NCBI GenBank assembly: GCA_900321105.1
Contig: OOHL01000002.1
Span: forward strand, 64,793 to 128,792
Source: an uncultured Pseudomonadota bacterium
Lineage (GTDB): Bacteria > Pseudomonadota > Alphaproteobacteria > Rs-D84
Direction of reading: 5' to 3'
DNA: 64,000 nt
Made by a program: the position numbers and the translations under genes. The notes beneath the pieces are model-generated. The model worked only from the letters and a program-made list of their open reading frames with translations. It made no database searches and was not told the DNA's origin. Below, in pieces: positions 60,528 through 64,000 of this stretch; the first letter of the stretch is position 1, and each line of letters starts with the position of its first letter.

Positions 60528-61751
60528 CTAAATTGACATTTCTTCACGTGCCATCTGCGCAATTGGTGCAACATATTTCAGTTCTGCATCACTGTGCAGC
60601 GATATTTTATCTATCAATCCACGACGTGATAAAATTTGCAAGCCACGTTCACACAATGGTCGTATCAATTCATGCAACAAACGCCCATATGTTGCGCCCA
60701 AAATTCGAACCATATCACTGTTGCGTGCTAATATTTCAGTTGCGGTCATTTCTTTATCCGAAAGCAATCCCAATCTGTCAGCCAAAAGTGTATGACGAAT
60801 TCTGTCACGCAAATCGCGCAATACAATTTGCGAAACATCAAAATCAGCCCCACTAGAAAGCGGTGTCAAACCGGACGATCCAACTGCCTTTGGTATAATT
60901 GCACCTGGGGTTAAATTTATATTTGATAGATTGATTACACCATCATCATCTGCCTGCCAGATGCCACTGACCGCGATAGTCGCATTTTTCAAGACTAATT
61001 CAACAACTTTGTTTGCTGTTTTAATATCCGGCAACGCACGTAATACTGGACCACGCCCATATAATTCACCACTTATCACAGACCACCGAAATATGATATA
61101 CGGGTTAGTTTCAAAAGTTCCACGTGCAACGATATTATTTTCAAAATCACCACCAACATCAACCCAGGCAGTAAAATCTTTGCCAACCAAAGATTGAACT
61201 AATCTTATTTGGGTCTGCGGATTATTTTTTACATTTTCACGCAATGGTGACGGCAAAACCAAATTCGGATATCTTTCCATTAAATCGCATGCTGGTAATG
61301 ATGTTGTATGGAATATGGCGTTATCTAAAATAGCAATATCTTGCATTGGTATTGCAGTAAAAGAGAACGCAGAATCAGCACCAATCGGATTTTCAGCCAT
61401 AAACAAACACGCGGTTCCTAAAACCACTAAATCAATATAGCACTGATGAATTGTTGTATAAAAATTTGAATCATTTAAGTGTGCGCGCAACATTGAAGTT
61501 GCAACATCTGCATCAGGCGACAAATCGCTTTCGCGCACAAGATTTATCCATAAGGATTCTGGCGGTGTTAAAAGCGAATACATAGATGCCGCAAGATTGT
61601 CAACGGCATCTGATGCAGTTGCATCAAATAATGTTGCACTATCTTTATCATCGGTTGGTATAGTATATCTTGTCGCATTTTTCCAACGTGTCAACCAAAC
61701 TTGTCTTTCGTCCAGCGCACGTTTATATAATTGCATAAGATTTTTTTGCAT
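60528..61751 (-). CDS. Phage-related protein, possibly portal-like. Assignment is uncertain.
   Basis: 407-aa ORF immediately downstream of a terminase-nuclease-like ORF on the same strand. No unambiguous motif. Confidence 0.3.
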   Translation of the reverse strand: MQKNLMQLYKRALDERQVWLTRWKNATRYTIPTDDKDSATLFDATASDAVDNLAASMYSLLTPPESLWINLVRESDLSPDADVATSMLRAHLNDSNFYTTIHQCYIDLVVLGTACLFMAENPIGADSAFSFTAIPMQDIAILDNAIFHTTSLPACDLMERYPNLVLPSPLRENVKNNPQTQIRLVQSLVGKDFTAWVDVGGDFENNIVARGTFETNPYIIFRWSVISGELYGRGPVLRALPDIKTANKVVELVLKNATIAVSGIWQADDDGVINLSNINLTPGAIIPKAVGSSGLTPLSSGADFDVSQIVLRDLRDRIRHTLLADRLGLLSDKEMTATEILARNSDMVRILGATYGRLLHELIRPLCERGLQILSRRGLIDKISLHSDAELKYVAPIAQMAREEMSI

Positions 61752-61771
61752 TTGTTATTCCTTTTGTTTGG

Positions 61772-62695
61772 TTATATTTTGAATTCTGTGTTTGCATGCA
61801 CAGGCTTGATTTTTGTACCGATTGGATGCACTGGTGTTGGATTCATCAATATTGCTCCAGAAACAGCATCCAATCCGTCATCATGTTCTTTGGTGCCAAT
61901 CGGGGTCCACGATAACATTTCAGATAACAACATCGTTTGTCTGATTTTGTTGTGCATATAAAGATGCCCCGTGGAAAGCAATGGTTCCAAAGCATTTAAA
62001 ATTCTTGTTTCTTTTTTAATATGGTTTGTAATTTGTGTAATATTTATTGAAACCTCGTGTGTTTTTACCACATTACGCATAATTTCAGGCAACGCGTTTC
62101 CGATTCCATTTGTTTCAATACCAATCCTGTTTAGACGATGTCTTTTCATAAAGCTGATTATCTTTTCACATTGATTAGCCAATGGATATAAATCATCATC
62201 ATCCGCCACCATATACATAATGTCATGAACAAAAACATTTCGGTTTTTATCATCACGATAAATTAAAGCACATACACTGCCATCCCGATTTTGCCGTGCG
62301 CTTGATGGATCCCAATAAAAAGCAACACTGGTTATTTTATTATCACCGATTCGCGCAAAACGCATATCAAAATCATCATCATAAAAATGAACAGCCCCAG
62401 GATCAAGACACACACGTTCGTCTGAAACATATTCCAACATCATTTGAGATGAAAAATGTCGTTCGCCGACAGCATCTCTTAATTCAGATATTTTTTGTGC
62501 TGAAAAAACCTCTGGCCATGCCGGATTTCCGGTATCATCTATTATTGGTATTTTTAATTTTTTATATCCTTTTAAAAAAGGTATTGAATTCTGAAAATTT
62601 TCGTTTAATCTAATGGACATGGACTTTACTCCGAAAACTTTACCTACTAATTTGGAAGCCGAACAGGCTGTTTTAGCCGCGGTATTGATGAACAA
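61772..62695 (-). CDS. Terminase large-subunit-like protein containing only the C-terminal RNase-H-like nuclease domain. Likely phage or GTA remnant.
   Basis: Nuclease-domain acidic motifs 'VAFYWDPSS...DGSVCALI', 'DDDD' and 'HDDGLDAVSGAI'. There is no Walker A/B ATPase domain. The annotated 5' end overlaps the dnaB start. Confidence 0.4.
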   Translation of the reverse strand: MFINTAAKTACSASKLVGKVFGVKSMSIRLNENFQNSIPFLKGYKKLKIPIIDDTGNPAWPEVFSAQKISELRDAVGERHFSSQMMLEYVSDERVCLDPGAVHFYDDDFDMRFARIGDNKITSVAFYWDPSSARQNRDGSVCALIYRDDKNRNVFVHDIMYMVADDDDLYPLANQCEKIISFMKRHRLNRIGIETNGIGNALPEIMRNVVKTHEVSINITQITNHIKKETRILNALEPLLSTGHLYMHNKIRQTMLLSEMLSWTPIGTKEHDDGLDAVSGAILMNPTPVHPIGTKIKPVHANTEFKI

Positions 62696-64000
62696 TCGTG
62701 CATTAGAATCTGTGTCTGAATTTTTATTACCAGAACATTTTTCGCACCCTGCACATCAAGAAATCTACCGCCTTGCACTGCGTCAATTCGCTGTTGGCGT
62801 TCCATTTGATATAATCACTGCCAAAAATTACCTAGAACAACAGGGAACACTGGAAAGTGTTGGTGGCACAGAATATTTATCTAAATTGGCATCGGCAGGA
62901 TCAACTGTTGTTAATGTTGAACATTATGGTCGAATTGTTTTTGATAACGCTCGCCGTCGTGATTTAATCGGTCTGGGACAGAGCATTATTGACGATGCAT
63001 ATACCGAAGATTTAGATAAAACCGTTAATACACAAATCGAATCTGCAGAACAAAAATTATTCAATCTGGCATCGACAGGTCAAAGCGAACACAATGTCGC
63101 GACATTAGCAGATGCATTGAAAGGAGCTCTTGAAGAAGCCGCTATTGCATACAAAGCCGATGGTAAATTATCTGGTCTTACAACTGGATTGGATGATTTG
63201 GATAAATCAATCAGTGGATTACATCATTCCGATTTAATCATCATCGCAGGTCGTCCAGGTATGGGTAAAACAACATTGGCAATGAACATTGCTTTCAATG
63301 CAGCTAATGCTATATTGAACAATCGTGCAAATACTCAATATAAGGGCGCTGTTGCATTTTTCAGTTTGGAAATGTCGCAAAACCAATTGGCAACACGCGT
63401 TTTGTCTTCCCAATCAAAAGTTCCGGCGGCACATATGCGCGAAGGTAATTTGACAGATGAAGAATTTATGAAAATGTCGCAATATAGTGATGCTTTGTCC
63501 AAGGTACCACTTATTATTGATGATACCGCAAACATGTCTGTGGCGGCGATAAAAACACGCGCACGCCGTATTGCTCGTCAATTTGGCGGATTGGCATTGA
63601 TTGTTATCGATTATTTACAATTGATGACTTCGCCTGGTGGCAAACATAATGATAATCGTGTTCAAGAATTATCTGAAATAACACGTGGTCTTAAAATTTT
63701 AGCCAAAGAATTGGATGTCCCTGTTATCGCCCTTTCCCAGTTATCGCGCAGCGTTGAACAACGCGATGATAAACGTCCCGTGTTGTCTGATTTACGTGAA
63801 TCTGGTTCTATTGAACAGGATGCCGATATTGTTATGTTCACATATCGTGAAGAATATTATTTGGAAGGTCGTTCACCCGATAAAAAATTATCAGGAACAG
63901 CATCCGAAACATCAATGCAAAACTGGAAAAAGCGTTTGGACAGTGTTCGCAACAAAGCCGATATAATTATCGCTAAGAACCGTCATGGTAAACCAGAAAC
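62613..64000 (+). CDS. dnaB: Replicative DNA helicase DnaB, 3'-truncated by the window edge
   Basis: N-terminal 'LPTNLEAEQAVLAALM'. Walker A 'IIAGRPGMGKTTLAMNIA'. Walker B 'LIVIDYLQLM'. 'RHGKPET' near the end. The frame is open to the window end. Confidence 0.9.
   Translation, partial: MDMDFTPKTLPTNLEAEQAVLAAVLMNNRALESVSEFLLPEHFSHPAHQEIYRLALRQFAVGVPFDIITAKNYLEQQGTLESVGGTEYLSKLASAGSTVVNVEHYGRIVFDNARRRDLIGLGQSIIDDAYTEDLDKTVNTQIESAEQKLFNLASTGQSEHNVATLADALKGALEEAAIAYKADGKLSGLTTGLDDLDKSISGLHHSDLIIIAGRPGMGKTTLAMNIAFNAANAILNNRANTQYKGAVAFFSLEMSQNQLATRVLSSQSKVPAAHMREGNLTDEEFMKMSQYSDALSKVPLIIDDTANMSVAAIKTRARRIARQFGGLALIVIDYLQLMTSPGGKHNDNRVQELSEITRGLKILAKELDVPVIALSQLSRSVEQRDDKRPVLSDLRESGSIEQDADIVMFTYREEYYLEGRSPDKKLSGTASETSMQNWKKRLDSVRNKADIIIAKNRHGKPE

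Overview
This is an AT-rich bacterial chromosomal window. The housekeeping content looks alphaproteobacterial: ackA, recG, an RNase E/G-family gene, an msbA-like ABC exporter, a PBP1A-like gene, ligA, frr-uppS-cdsA-rseP-bamA, and dnaB running off the 3' end. Roughly the first 23 kb is accessory DNA built around a tRNA-Asn(GTT) integration hotspot.

(i) A Gabija-like pair, GajA (OLD-family ATPase plus Toprim, truncated at the window start) and GajB (UvrD-like helicase).

(ii) A ~3.8 kb insert, element A (approx. 3128-6972), bounded on the left by a duplicated copy of the tRNA-Asn promoter plus 5' half. It carries a DUF3800-like gene, a small TM protein, a membrane protein, and a lipoprotein preceded by a GC-rich structured leader.

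(iii) A ~16.3 kb integrative defense island (approx. 7026-23307) between the complete tRNA-Asn and a 17-nt att-core repeat. On the minus strand it carries a co-directional run of a AAA-ATPase/RloB-Toprim pair (AbiL/PARIS-like), an overlapping 123-aa ORF, a DUF4238 protein, a full type I R-M system (hsdM-hsdS-hsdR), and an unannotated coiled-coil/2-TM plus HEPN-motif gene pair. A GIY-YIG/DUF4357-like gene and a GC-rich orphan ORF sit at the attL edge, and a P4-type tyrosine integrase plus an AlpA-like HTH gene sit at the distal end. CTACAC-type short repeats lie near all three att junctions.

Further downstream:
- tRNA-Lys(TTT) is followed by a 31-bp direct repeat of its own 3' end.
- A tRNA-His/tRNA-Ala locus carries several 3'-end fragment repeats and a GC-rich 285-bp insert.
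- A family of near-identical hairpin terminators is scattered through the window.
- A four-gene envelope cluster lies between bamA and yraN.
- A phage or GTA-like remnant (TerL nuclease-domain-only ORF plus a portal-like ORF) abuts dnaB.

No rRNA and no CRISPR array were seen.
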